Below are positions 26,370 through 36,336 of a stretch of 64,000 bases of DNA, one piece after another. Source of the stretch: a bacterium. Lineage in GTDB: Bacteria > Myxococcota_A > Bradymonadia > UBA7976 > UBA1532. The DNA lies in contig JAUHYW010000012.1 of the NCBI GenBank assembly GCA_030426085.1, positions 2,425 through 66,424 of the forward strand, written 5' to 3'. Position numbers and translations under genes: made by a program. The notes under the pieces were generated by a model, which worked only from the letters and a program-made list of their open reading frames with translations, was not told where the DNA came from and did not search any database. Positions within the stretch are counted from its first letter, which is position 1. Each line of letters starts with the position of its first letter.

Positions 26370-27488
26370 ATGTCTCGTCGCCGATGGTTCATCGCAGCGG
26401 GCGCGGCCCTCGGGCTGTCGCTGGCGTATCTGCTGGCGTGGCCGGTGCCGATCGATCCGGTCGCCTGGCAGGCCCCGCCGAACCCGGGCTACGCCGGGGA
26501 CTTCGCCACGAACCGGCGCCTGGCCGACCTCGAGCTGTTCGACCTGAGCCCGTCCCACGGGCCGGAGGATCTGGCGGTCGACCGGGCGGGGCGGGTCTAC
26601 GCCGCGGTGGAGGACGGCGGCATCCTGGCGCTGACTCCCGAGGGTGGATTCGAGCGCTGGGCCGAGACCGGCGGGCGCCCGCTGGGTATCGAGTTCGGCC
26701 CCGGGCCGGGCGGCGCCGACGGGGCCGAGGTGCTGTACGTCGCCGACGCCTTCCGGGGGCTCTTGGCCATCGGCCCCGACCGGCGGCCGCGGGTGCTCGT
26801 CGACGCGGTCGACGGGGTGCCGGTGCGCTACGCCGACGACCTCGACATCGCCGACGACGGCACGCTGTACTTCAGCGACGCCTCGACGAAGTTCGCCGCG
26901 GCGGACCATGGCGGGACCTACCCGGCGAGCGTGCTCGACCTCAACGAGCACGGGGGCCACGGTCGGCTGATCGCCTACGACATCCGCTCCGGGGCGGCGC
27001 GGGTGGTGCTCGACGGCCTGCAATTCGCCAACGGGGTCGCGCTGAGCCACGACCAGCGGGCGGTCCTGATCGCCGAGACCGGCATGTATCGGGTGATCCG
27101 CTGGTGGCGCTCGGGGCCGCGGGCGGGCGAGGTCGAGCCGGTGCTGGGGCCCCTGCCCGGCTTCCCCGACAACGTGGCCCGCGGCCGCGATGGGCGCTAC
27201 TGGGTCGGGCTGACCTCGCCCCGCAGCCCGGCGCTCGACTGGGGCTGCGATGTGCCCTGGCTGCGGCGGCTGTTCGAGCGGCTGCCGGCGGCGCTCAAGC
27301 CCAAGGCGACCGCCCGCCCCCATGTGATCGCGTTCGACGATCGAGGCGCGGTGGTGGCCGATCTCCAGGATCCGGGCGGGCCGCACGCCTTCGTCACCGG
27401 GGCGCTCGAGGCGGGGGGTCACATCTATCTGAGCAGTCTGCGCGCGGGCACGCTCGCCCGGCGGCCGGCGCTCGAGGAGGCGCGATGA
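26370..27488 (+). CDS. Strictosidine-synthase / SMP-30-like six-bladed beta-propeller protein
   Basis: 372 aa. N-terminal TM/signal. Motifs GPEDLAVDRAGRVYAA, LYFSDAST, FANGVALSHDQRAVLIAET and GFPDNV are typical of the strictosidine synthase-like (APMAP) family. Confidence 0.65.
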   Translation: MSRRRWFIAAGAALGLSLAYLLAWPVPIDPVAWQAPPNPGYAGDFATNRRLADLELFDLSPSHGPEDLAVDRAGRVYAAVEDGGILALTPEGGFERWAETGGRPLGIEFGPGPGGADGAEVLYVADAFRGLLAIGPDRRPRVLVDAVDGVPVRYADDLDIADDGTLYFSDASTKFAAADHGGTYPASVLDLNEHGGHGRLIAYDIRSGAARVVLDGLQFANGVALSHDQRAVLIAETGMYRVIRWWRSGPRAGEVEPVLGPLPGFPDNVARGRDGRYWVGLTSPRSPALDWGCDVPWLRRLFERLPAALKPKATARPHVIAFDDRGAVVADLQDPGGPHAFVTGALEAGGHIYLSSLRAGTLARRPALEEAR

Positions 27489-29764
27489 GATCGATGGGCA
27501 TGGCATGGCTCGGCGCGGCGCTGCTCGCGCTGCTGGTCGGCTGTCAGCCGGCGCCGGGCGATACGTCGGCAGACGGTGGGCCCGGCGGCGACGGCGGCAG
27601 CGGCGGTGTCGGCGGGTCGGGCGGCAGCGGCGGCGCGGGCGGCGTCGGTGGATCGGGCGGGGTCGGCGGCAGCGGAGGCGCGGGCGGGGTCGGCGGCAGC
27701 GGGGGCGCGGGCGGGTCGGGCGAGCTCGACGGCGCGGCCCTGTACGCCCGGCACTGCGCCCGGTGCCACGGCCCGGCCCGCCTGGGCGGCGTCGGCCCGG
27801 CGCTGGACGCGCTCGACGGCTTCGACCACCCGGCGCTGGTCACCCGCATCGCCGAGACGATGCCCCCCGGCGACGAGATGGCCTGCGCCGGCGGCTGCGC
27901 CGAGGCGGTGGCCGACTGGCTCATCGCGCAGGCGGCGCCCCCCGAGCCGGTGGACTGCGCCGCGGCGGCGCCCGATCTGCCGCCCCGCCGCCTGCGGCTG
28001 CTGACCCGCCGAGAGTACGACGCCGCGGTGACCGATCTGCTGTGGCCCGGCGCGGCCGACGGGGCGGTGTGCGGCGAGGTGACCTTCGAGTTCCCGGCCG
28101 ACGGCGAGCCGGGGGCCCGCACGGTGCACGTGGCCGGCACCTTCAACGACTGGGCCCCGACGCTGGCCGAGGGCGGGCTGGCGATGGACCGCGGCGCCGA
28201 CGGGATCTGGCGGCTGACGGCCCGGGTCGGCGAGGGCACCCACCGCTACAAGTTCGTGGTCGACGAGGCCCGCTGGTACCCCGACCCGGGCAACGACTGG
28301 CGGGAGAACGACGGCTTCGGCGGCCAGAACTCGGTGATCGAGCTGCGCTGCGACGGGGCCGGCGGGCCCGGCGGGCGGCCCTCCCGCGACCTGCCGCCCG
28401 AGACCCGCCCCGCCGAGTTCGCGTTCGACAACCACGCCGCCTCGGCCCAGGTGACCACGGTGCACCTCGAGGCGTACCTCGAGGCGGCCGAGGGGCTGGC
28501 CGACGACGCGCTGGACGCCCTGCCCTGTCGGGACTGCGCCGATCGGCTGGTCGATACGCTGGCCCCCCGGGCCTTCCGCCGGCCGCTGACCGCCGACGAG
28601 CGGGCCCGCTACCGGGCGCTCTTCGACGGGGTCGAGTGGGACGTCGGCGCCCGGCGCTTCCTGATCGCGGTGCTGGGCTCGCCGCACTTCCTGTATCGCA
28701 GCGAGCTGGGCGCGCCGGCCGGGGACGGCACCTGGCGCCTCACCGGGGCCGAGGCGGCGACCGCGCTGGCGTTCTTCGTGTGGGGCACGCTGCCCGACGC
28801 CGCGCTGGTGCAGGCCGCCGCGGCCGGCGAGTTGGACGACGCCGACGGCCTCGAGCGCCACGCCCGACGGCTGCTGGCCGACGACCGGGCCCGGGCCGTG
28901 GTGGGCAGCTTCGCCGAGCAGTGGCTGGGCATCGAGCCCTTGCCCGAGGCGGTGCGGGTCGACCCGGCGCTCGACGGCAACCTGCGGGGCGCGATGCTGG
29001 CCTCGACCCGGCGCTTCGTCTCGTCGGTGGTCTTCGACGGGCCCCACGACTTCGCCAGCCTGCTCACCGCCGATCACACGTTCGTCAACGCCGCGCTCGC
29101 GGCCCACTACGGCATCGACGGCGTCGACGGCGCCGCGCTGCGCCGGGTCGAGGCTCCGCCCGAGCGGCGGGGGGGCGTCCTGGGGCACGGCAGCGTGCTG
29201 GCGGTCCAGGCCCACGCCGACCAGTCGTCCCCCATCCGGCGGGGGCTCTTCGTGCGGCGCACGCTCTTGTGCCAGGAGCTGCCCCCGGCCCCGCCCAACG
29301 CGGGCGGGGTGCCCGACGTCGACCCCCAGGCGACGACCCGGGCGCGGTTCCGGCAGCACACCGACGACCCGTTCTGTCATAGCTGCCACCGCTACATCGA
29401 CGACGTGGGCTTCGGCTTCGAGCACTTCGACGCCGTCGGCCGCTGGCGGGCGACCGAGAACGGCCACCCGATCGACGCGCTGGGCGACATGAACGACGTC
29501 GAGGGGCTGGGCAGCGGCACCGCGGCGCCCTACGAGGGCCTCGACGCGCTGGGCGACATCCTCGCCGACAGCGCCGCGGCCCGGCTGTGCTTCGTGCGTC
29601 AGGTGCGCCGCTTCGCGCTGGGCGTGCTCGAGGGCGAGGCGGCGGCGTGCGACATCGAGCGGCTGGCGGACGACTGGGCCGCCACCGGAGACGACATCCG
29701 CGAGCTGATGGTGCTCGTCGTGCGCGATCCGGCGTTCACCCACCGCCGGGAGGAGGGCCCGTGA
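27485..29764 (+). CDS. DUF1592/DUF1588/DUF1595-family lipoprotein (PSCyt/PSD type) with a Gly-Ser repeat linker and a CBM48/AMPK-beta-like insert
   Basis: 759 aa. Start overlaps the upstream stop as ATGA. Lipobox LVGC, a (GGSGGXGG)n linker, and a cytochrome-like CxxCH (CARCH). VHVAGTFNDWAP...YKFVVDEARWYPDP is a glycogen-binding-domain-like segment. The conserved C-terminal DUF1588/1592 blocks FCHSCH and DDVGFGFEHFD are present. Confidence 0.7.
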   Translation: MRSMGMAWLGAALLALLVGCQPAPGDTSADGGPGGDGGSGGVGGSGGSGGAGGVGGSGGVGGSGGAGGVGGSGGAGGSGELDGAALYARHCARCHGPARLGGVGPALDALDGFDHPALVTRIAETMPPGDEMACAGGCAEAVADWLIAQAAPPEPVDCAAAAPDLPPRRLRLLTRREYDAAVTDLLWPGAADGAVCGEVTFEFPADGEPGARTVHVAGTFNDWAPTLAEGGLAMDRGADGIWRLTARVGEGTHRYKFVVDEARWYPDPGNDWRENDGFGGQNSVIELRCDGAGGPGGRPSRDLPPETRPAEFAFDNHAASAQVTTVHLEAYLEAAEGLADDALDALPCRDCADRLVDTLAPRAFRRPLTADERARYRALFDGVEWDVGARRFLIAVLGSPHFLYRSELGAPAGDGTWRLTGAEAATALAFFVWGTLPDAALVQAAAAGELDDADGLERHARRLLADDRARAVVGSFAEQWLGIEPLPEAVRVDPALDGNLRGAMLASTRRFVSSVVFDGPHDFASLLTADHTFVNAALAAHYGIDGVDGAALRRVEAPPERRGGVLGHGSVLAVQAHADQSSPIRRGLFVRRTLLCQELPPAPPNAGGVPDVDPQATTRARFRQHTDDPFCHSCHRYIDDVGFGFEHFDAVGRWRATENGHPIDALGDMNDVEGLGSGTAAPYEGLDALGDILADSAAARLCFVRQVRRFALGVLEGEAAACDIERLADDWAATGDDIRELMVLVVRDPAFTHRREEGP

Positions 29765-31158
29765 GCGACGTGAACCAGAAGACCCGCGGGCCGCGGATCT
29801 CCCGCCGCCGCTTCTTGCAGGCGGCCGCGGCCGGGGCGGCGCTGCCCGGCACGCTGGGGCTGCTGGGGGGCGAGGCCCGGGCCCAGGCCGGCGGGGCCCG
29901 GCGGTTCCTGGTGTTCTACTTCCCCGACGGGGTGCCCGGCGACAGCCAGGAGGGCGACCGCAGCCTGTGGCACATCCACGAGGGCGGCGAGGCCGACTTC
30001 GCCCTGCCCGACCTGCTCGCCCCGCTGGCGCCGTACCGCGATCGCTCGGTGTTCTTCCGGGGGCTGTCGATGGGCGACGCCGACAACGGCAGCCACCCCG
30101 GCGGGGCCCAGAAGCTGCTGACCGCGGTCGACCGGGGCAACGGGGAGAGCGTCGACCGGGTGCTCGCCCGCACCATCGGCGCCGAGGCGCCCCACCGCCA
30201 CGTCTACCTCGGGGTGCAGGCGGCGCCCGGCGGGGCCTCGGGCGACAAGGCGATCAGCTACGTGGCCCCGGGCAACACCGTCGCCGCCCAGGACGACCCG
30301 GTGCAGGCGTTCGGGCGGCTCTTCGGCGGCGGGCTGGCGGTCGAGCCGGGCGCGCCGCCGGTGGACGTGCGCCAGGCGACCCGGCGCAGCGTGCTCGACG
30401 TGATGCGGGCCGACCTCGAGAGCCTGCGGGGGCGGGTCGCCGGGCGGGCCCGCAGCCGGCTCGAGCTGCACCTCGACGCGGTGCGCGAGCTGGAGCTGCG
30501 GCTGGCCCCGATGGCCGACCCCGACCCGCCGCCGCAGATGGGCGACCGCTGCGCGCAGGTGCCGGCCCCGGTGGCGGCCATCGATCAGGGCGCGCTGTAC
30601 GACCCGGCGCGGTTCCCGGCCATCCTCGAGGCCCAGACCGAGGTGATGGTGCGGGCGATGGCCTGCGGGCTAACCCGGGTGGGCGTCATCCAGTGCAGCC
30701 ACCACACCACCGACCTGCTGATGAGCGCCTTCCCCGGCACGCCGATGGCCGCCGAGGGCATCTACATGCGCAGCCACGAGGCGTCGCACTACGGGGCCCG
30801 GCACGATCTCGGCGACCCCAAGTTCCGCTCGTTCGTGGCCCAGCGGCGGTGGTTCATCGAGCGCTACGCGGCCCTGCTCGGGCGGCTGGCCGAGATGCCC
30901 GAGGGCGACGGCACGATGCTCGATCACACGGTGGTGCTGTTGTGCACCGAGGTGTGCGACGGCAACACCCACCAGCACCACGACATGCCGTTCGTCGTCT
31001 CGGGCGGCGAGGCGGGCGGGGTGCGCACCGGGCGGCTGCTGCGCTTCGGGTTCCGGCGCCACGGCGACCTCTACGCCGGCCTGGGCCGCGCCCTGGGCGC
31101 CGACTTCGCCCGCTTCGGCGACGCCGGCGAAGGCCCCCTGCCCGGATTGGTGGCGTAA
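29761..31158 (+). CDS. DUF1552 domain protein with Tat signal, partner of the DUF1592 protein
   Basis: 465 aa with a GTG start overlapping the upstream stop as GTGA. Twin-arginine signal SRRRFLQAAAAGAALPG. Conserved DUF1552 blocks FYFPDGV and CSHHTTD...HEASHYG. Confidence 0.7.
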   Translation: MSDVNQKTRGPRISRRRFLQAAAAGAALPGTLGLLGGEARAQAGGARRFLVFYFPDGVPGDSQEGDRSLWHIHEGGEADFALPDLLAPLAPYRDRSVFFRGLSMGDADNGSHPGGAQKLLTAVDRGNGESVDRVLARTIGAEAPHRHVYLGVQAAPGGASGDKAISYVAPGNTVAAQDDPVQAFGRLFGGGLAVEPGAPPVDVRQATRRSVLDVMRADLESLRGRVAGRARSRLELHLDAVRELELRLAPMADPDPPPQMGDRCAQVPAPVAAIDQGALYDPARFPAILEAQTEVMVRAMACGLTRVGVIQCSHHTTDLLMSAFPGTPMAAEGIYMRSHEASHYGARHDLGDPKFRSFVAQRRWFIERYAALLGRLAEMPEGDGTMLDHTVVLLCTEVCDGNTHQHHDMPFVVSGGEAGGVRTGRLLRFGFRRHGDLYAGLGRALGADFARFGDAGEGPLPGLVA

Positions 31159-31189
31159 TCGGTCGTGATCGGGGCATGCTCTCAGGCAC

Positions 31190-34100
31190 ATGTCTGAGCA
31201 CGACACGGACATCCTCCGGGCGCTGCGGGGCGCGATCGACGCGCTGCCCGACGTGGTCTACTGCCTCGACGAGCACGGGGCGGTGCTGCACCTCGGGGCG
31301 GCCGCCGACCGGCTCTACGGCCAGCCGGTGCCCGAGCTGCTCGCCCGGGGCGGCGACTTCCGGCTGGCGCCCATCGACCCCGCCGACCGCCCCCGGGTCG
31401 AGGCCGCCTACCGCCGGCTCAAGGACGGTCGGCGCATCGAGCTGACCTACAACATCCGCCGGACCGACGGGGTCGTGGGCACCGTGCGGGAGCGGATCAG
31501 CCGCAAGGCCGGCCGCACGCAGGGCATCATCAGCGCGGTGCGGTCCGACAACCAACTCGCCCTGCCGCTGGTGGTGCGCGACGCGCTCGAGGGCAGCCCT
31601 CAGCTCTTCGCCATGTTCGACCTCGACGGCCGGGTGCGCTGGGCCAGCGGCGCGTTCGAAGCCGAGCTGGGGCTGCCCCGGGCGACGCTGATCGGATCAT
31701 CGAGCCTGGACGTCGTGCACCCCGAGGATCGGGCGGTCATCAGCGAGGCGTTCGCCGATCTCGACCGCGAGGGCGAGGTGGCGACCCGCTACATCGAGTG
31801 CCGGGTCGGGGCCGACGGCGACTGGCGGTGGGTCGCGTGGGTCGTGCTGCCCTGGCCCCAGCGGGGGCGGATCTACGCCGTGGGGATCGACATCCACGCC
31901 CAGCGCATGGCCGCCGCCGCGCTGGAGCGGGCCGAGGCCGCCCGGCTGGCGACCTACGATGGCTTGTGGGACGTCGACCTCATCACCGGCGAGATCCAGG
32001 GCAATGCCCGGCTGTACGGCATGCTGGGCTACGCCGAGGGCGAGATCGCGCTGCGCTACGACAACTGGCTCAACTTGGTGCACCCCGACGACCGGGAGCG
32101 GGTCGGCGCGGCGTTCGAAGAGCACCTGTGGGGCGACGCCCCGATGTATCACCTCGAGCACCGGCTGCTGCGCAAGGACGGCACCCCGCTGTGGGTGCTC
32201 GCCCGGGGTCAGGTGGTGCTGCGGGAGGGCGGCTTCACCCCGACCCGCATGGTCGGCTCGTACACCGACATCACCGAGCGCAAGCAGGTCGAGGGCGCGC
32301 TGTCCCGCAGCGAGGAGCGGGCCCGGTGCATCGTCGAGGCGGTCACCGTGCCGATGGTCATCACCCGCATGGCCGACGGCCGCGTGGTCTTCGCCAACGA
32401 CCACGCCCGGGCCCGATTCGGGGATCGGGTCGAGCAGCCGGGCGACTTCTACGCCGCCAGCCCCCAGCGGGCGGGCTTCGTCGAGGCGCTCGAGCGGGAC
32501 GGCCGGATCAGCGAGTACGAGGCGTGCTTCGCCGCCCCGGGGGGCGAGCAGGCGTGGCTGATCATCGCCGCCAGCCTCATCGAGTTCGACGGCGAGCCGG
32601 CGGCCCTGGCGACGTTCTCCGACATCACCGAGCGCCGCCGGGCCGAGGAGGCCATCCGCGACCGCAACCAGACCCTCCAGATCGTCCTGCGCACCACCAG
32701 CGATGGCATCTGGGACTGGGATCTGCGCACCGACGTGGTGCGGTACAGCGCCCGGTGGAAGGAGATGCTGGGCTACGCGCCCGACGAGCTGGCCGACACC
32801 GCCGAGACGTGGCGGGCCCTGATCCACCCCGAGGACCGCCCGGTCGCCGAGCAGCGGCTCACCGACCACCTGCAGCGGGGCATCCCCTTCGAGCACACCT
32901 CGCGCTACACCCACAAGGACGGCGCCCTGCGGTGGATCGTGGTGCGGGGGCACGCCCTGCGCGACGCGCACGGCCACCCGGTGCGCATGATGGGCAACCA
33001 CACCGACATCACCGAGCAGATGCGGGCCCGGGACGAGCGGCGGCGCATGCAGAGCCGGCTGCAGAACGCCCAGCGGCTCGAGAGCATGGGGGTGATGGCC
33101 AAGGGGGTGGCCCACGACTTCAACAATCTGCTGATGGCCATCCTCGGCAACGCCGAGCTGGGCATGCTCGACGCCCCCGGCGGCACCGAGCTGAGCCAGG
33201 CGCTCGACGAGATCTGCGCCGCCGCCCGCCAGGCGACCGACCTGTGCAACCAGCTCCTGGCCTACGCCGGCGAGGAGGACGTGACCCTCGCCCCGCTGGA
33301 CGTGGCGCGGGTGGTGCGCGACATGCGGCCGCTGCTCGAAGCCAGCATCACCCGCAAGGCCCACCTCGATCTGGACTGCGACCGCGAGCTGCCGGCGGTG
33401 CGGGGTGATGCGGCGCGGCTGCGGCAGGTGGTGGCCAACGTGGTGCTCAACGCCAGCGACGCGCTCGGCGGCCTGCCGGGCACCATCCGGGTCAGCACCG
33501 GCATGACCGACCTGAGCCTCGAAGGCCGGGACGACGGGCGGGACGACAGCCGCATCCTCGTCGACCCGCTGCCGGCAGAGCTGTACGTCTACGTCGAGAT
33601 CGAAGACGACGGAGCGGGCATCCCGCCCGAGCTGCGCAGCCGCATCTTCGACCCGTTCTTCACCACCCGCGAGGGCGCCGGGCGGGGCCTGGGGCTGGGG
33701 TCGGCGCTGGGCATCATGCGCAGCCACGGGGGCACCATCGAGGTCGAGAGCGCCGTCGGCGAGGGCTCGATCTTCCGGCTGCTGCTCCCCATCGTGCGCC
33801 AGTCCACCCCCTCGTTCCGCCCGGCCAACAGCCCGCCGCCGGGCCCGATCGACCCCGAGTTCAGCGGCGAGGGGCTGGTGCTCTTCGTCGACGACCGCTC
33901 CGCGCTGCGGGGGGTGGCGCTCAAGTGGCTCGAGTCGGCCGGCTTCGAGGTCGCGCTGGCCGAGGACGGCCGGGAGGCGGTGCAGCTCTTCGAGTCGGTC
34001 GCCGACCGGGCCCGGGCGGTGGTGCTCGACCTGACGATGCCCGAGCTGGACGGGCCCGAGGTGCTCGGCATCCTGCGCGCCCGCCGGCCCCAGATCCCGG

Positions 34101-34255
34101 CCCTGTTGATGAGCGGCTTCGGCCGCCCCGGCACGATGGACGCGCTGGCCACCGACGGGCCGGTGGAGTTCCTCGCCAAGCCGTTCGACCGGGCGCAGCT
34201 GCTGGGGGCCCTCGAACGCCTGCTCGAGGCCGGGGACATCGAGCAGACCCTGTGA
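31190..34255 (+). CDS. Hybrid sensor histidine kinase: multiple PAS domains, HisKA, HATPase_c, then a C-terminal receiver
   Basis: 1021 aa. At least four PAS-like segments with repeated YTDITERK motifs. HisKA H-box GVAHDFNNLLMAILG; HATPase G-boxes. C-terminal REC (VLFVDDRSALRG...VLDLTMPELDG...KPF). Confidence 0.8.
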   Translation: MSEHDTDILRALRGAIDALPDVVYCLDEHGAVLHLGAAADRLYGQPVPELLARGGDFRLAPIDPADRPRVEAAYRRLKDGRRIELTYNIRRTDGVVGTVRERISRKAGRTQGIISAVRSDNQLALPLVVRDALEGSPQLFAMFDLDGRVRWASGAFEAELGLPRATLIGSSSLDVVHPEDRAVISEAFADLDREGEVATRYIECRVGADGDWRWVAWVVLPWPQRGRIYAVGIDIHAQRMAAAALERAEAARLATYDGLWDVDLITGEIQGNARLYGMLGYAEGEIALRYDNWLNLVHPDDRERVGAAFEEHLWGDAPMYHLEHRLLRKDGTPLWVLARGQVVLREGGFTPTRMVGSYTDITERKQVEGALSRSEERARCIVEAVTVPMVITRMADGRVVFANDHARARFGDRVEQPGDFYAASPQRAGFVEALERDGRISEYEACFAAPGGEQAWLIIAASLIEFDGEPAALATFSDITERRRAEEAIRDRNQTLQIVLRTTSDGIWDWDLRTDVVRYSARWKEMLGYAPDELADTAETWRALIHPEDRPVAEQRLTDHLQRGIPFEHTSRYTHKDGALRWIVVRGHALRDAHGHPVRMMGNHTDITEQMRARDERRRMQSRLQNAQRLESMGVMAKGVAHDFNNLLMAILGNAELGMLDAPGGTELSQALDEICAAARQATDLCNQLLAYAGEEDVTLAPLDVARVVRDMRPLLEASITRKAHLDLDCDRELPAVRGDAARLRQVVANVVLNASDALGGLPGTIRVSTGMTDLSLEGRDDGRDDSRILVDPLPAELYVYVEIEDDGAGIPPELRSRIFDPFFTTREGAGRGLGLGSALGIMRSHGGTIEVESAVGEGSIFRLLLPIVRQSTPSFRPANSPPPGPIDPEFSGEGLVLFVDDRSALRGVALKWLESAGFEVALAEDGREAVQLFESVADRARAVVLDLTMPELDGPEVLGILRARRPQIPALLMSGFGRPGTMDALATDGPVEFLAKPFDRAQLLGALERLLEAGDIEQTL

Positions 34256-34578
34256 GCCGCCCCCGGCGCGCCGTCCACCCCGACCGGAGCCGGGCGCCAC
34301 GTCCGACGGAGCCATCGAGCGCCTGATCACCGCCCGGGCCCGCGACCTGGGCGGGAAGGTGCCGGGGGGCGAGGCGGACGTCATCCCGCTGCCCGCCGGG
34401 ATGGGGCCCTGAGCGAACCGTCATGCGCCTGACGGCTCACGCCCGACATGCGCCCGATGAGGCCGGATCCTCGTCAGGCGGCTGACGGTTTCCCGGCGCC
34501 CCCTCACCCCGGTCACCGCGGATTCGACGGCCGCGCGGCGCTGCACTATCCTGACCGGCGGCATCATCGAGGGACCCC

Positions 34579-36315
34579 ATGACCGCATCGCTGCGCTGTC
34601 CGGCATGCCAGACCGCGGTCGCGACGACCGCCCGGTTCTGCTCGAGTTGCGGCGCCCGCCAGCCGATGGACGCCGCCACCGCCCCCGGCGCGGCCCCCGA
34701 GCCGGACATGCCCCGCACCCCGTCCCGCTTCCTGCCCCCGGGGCTGGTGCTGGCCGACACCTACACGATCGAGGACGTCGTCGGCGAGGGCGGCATGGGC
34801 GTGGTCTACCGGGCCCGCGACCGGGCCCTCGAGCGGGTCGTCGCGCTCAAGTCGCTGCACCTCAACCTGCTCGGCGACGCCGAGGTCCGCCGCCGCTTCG
34901 TGCGCGAGGCCCGGGTGATGACCCGCTGGAGCCACCCCCACATCGCCGCGGTCTACGACTTCGTCGAGTCGGCCCACGTCCTGGCGCTGGTGATGGAGTA
35001 CATCGAGGGCGAGACGCTGCTCTATCACATCGAGCGCTGGCGGGGCGGCATGCCCCCGGGCGAGCTGCTGCCGCTGATGCTGCCGGTGCTCGACGCGATG
35101 GCCTGCGCCCACGCCGAGGGGGTCGTGCACCGCGACCTCAAGCCGGAGAACATCATCGTCGAGCGCCGCGGCGGGCGGCCGTGGCCCAAGGTCGTCGACT
35201 TCGGCATCGCCAAGATCCTCGAAGGCACCGCCTACACCGTCAGCGGCGCGCTGTTGGGCACCTGGCGCTACATCTCGCCCGAGCAGGCCCGCTCGCCGCA
35301 CCTGGTCGACCACCGGGCCGACATCTACAGCCTGGGCGTGACGTTGTATCACCTGATCGAAGGCCGGCTGCCGTTCGAGCACGACAACCCCTACGCGATG
35401 CTGATGGACCACGTCGGCACCCCGCCCCCGCCGCTGAGACGGACCGACGTGCCCCCGGCGCTGGGCCGGCTGGTGCTCGACTGCATGGCCAAGGATCCCG
35501 CCGCCCGGCCGCCGAGCTGCGAGGCGCTCGCCGAGCGGCTGCGGGACGCGCTGAGCGACGGGGCGTTCCCGATCGACGGCGGCGACGTCTCGGACGGGGT
35601 CGCGCCGACCCTGAGCATCGAGCCGGTGCGCCCCCGGGGCGACGACGGCGCGGCGCTGGTCGCGGTGCCGGCGGGCGAGTTCCTCATGGGCCGCGATCGG
35701 CGCCCGGTGTGGCTGGACGCGTTCTCCATCGACCGCACCCCGGTGACCAACCGCCGCTTCGCCCGCTTCGTCGAGGCCACCGGCTACCGCCCCGAAGACC
35801 GGCGGGGCTTCCTGCGCCACTGGCGGGGCGGGGTCTGTCCGAAGGCGCTGCTCGACCACCCGGTGGTGCACGTCTCGTGGCACGACGCCCGGGCCTACGC
35901 GGCCTGGGTCGGCCGGCGGCTGCCCACCGAGGCGCAGTGGGAGAAGGCCGCCCGGGGCAGCGACGGCCGCAGATACCCCTGGGGCCGCAACTCGCCGACC
36001 GCGGCCCACGCGCGGTTCGGCGGGCGGCGCTCGGGCACCGCCCCGGTGGGAGACCACCCGGCGGGGGCCTCGCCCTGCGGCGCGCTGGATATGGCGGGCA
36101 ACGTCTGGGAGTGGTGCCTCGACGTCGACGACCCCGACTTCTACCGCACCGGCCCGCCGCGCAACCCCTACCGCACCGGCCCCCCGAGCCGCGAGGCCTC
36201 GGTGGTGCGCGGGGGGAACTGGGCCTTCGGCGCCCGGGCGCTGCTCACCTGGGCCCGGCGGGGCTTCCCGCCCGACACCCGGCTCGACGGGGTCGGCTTC
36301 CGCTGCGTGGGGTGA
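34579..36315 (+). CDS. Ser/Thr protein kinase fused to a C-terminal FGE-sulfatase (SUMF1-like) domain, with an N-terminal zinc ribbon
   Basis: 578 aa. CPACQ...CSSCG zinc ribbon. Kinase motifs GGMGVVYRARD, HRDLKPENIIV, DFGIAK. C-terminal RTPVTNRRFARFVEATGY...VSWHDARAYAAWVG...GNVWEWC...GGNW are FGE-sulfatase family motifs. Confidence 0.75.
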   Translation: MTASLRCPACQTAVATTARFCSSCGARQPMDAATAPGAAPEPDMPRTPSRFLPPGLVLADTYTIEDVVGEGGMGVVYRARDRALERVVALKSLHLNLLGDAEVRRRFVREARVMTRWSHPHIAAVYDFVESAHVLALVMEYIEGETLLYHIERWRGGMPPGELLPLMLPVLDAMACAHAEGVVHRDLKPENIIVERRGGRPWPKVVDFGIAKILEGTAYTVSGALLGTWRYISPEQARSPHLVDHRADIYSLGVTLYHLIEGRLPFEHDNPYAMLMDHVGTPPPPLRRTDVPPALGRLVLDCMAKDPAARPPSCEALAERLRDALSDGAFPIDGGDVSDGVAPTLSIEPVRPRGDDGAALVAVPAGEFLMGRDRRPVWLDAFSIDRTPVTNRRFARFVEATGYRPEDRRGFLRHWRGGVCPKALLDHPVVHVSWHDARAYAAWVGRRLPTEAQWEKAARGSDGRRYPWGRNSPTAAHARFGGRRSGTAPVGDHPAGASPCGALDMAGNVWEWCLDVDDPDFYRTGPPRNPYRTGPPSREASVVRGGNWAFGARALLTWARRGFPPDTRLDGVGFRCVG

Positions 36316-36336
36316 GGGTCCGGGCGCTGCGGTCCG

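Noticed and set aside
27566-27716. Nucleotide tandem repeat (GGCGGCAGCGGCGGNGNCGGNGG)n
   Set aside because: Not an intergenic repeat. It is in frame and encodes the Gly-Ser linker of the DUF1592 lipoprotein. It is noted under that finding instead.
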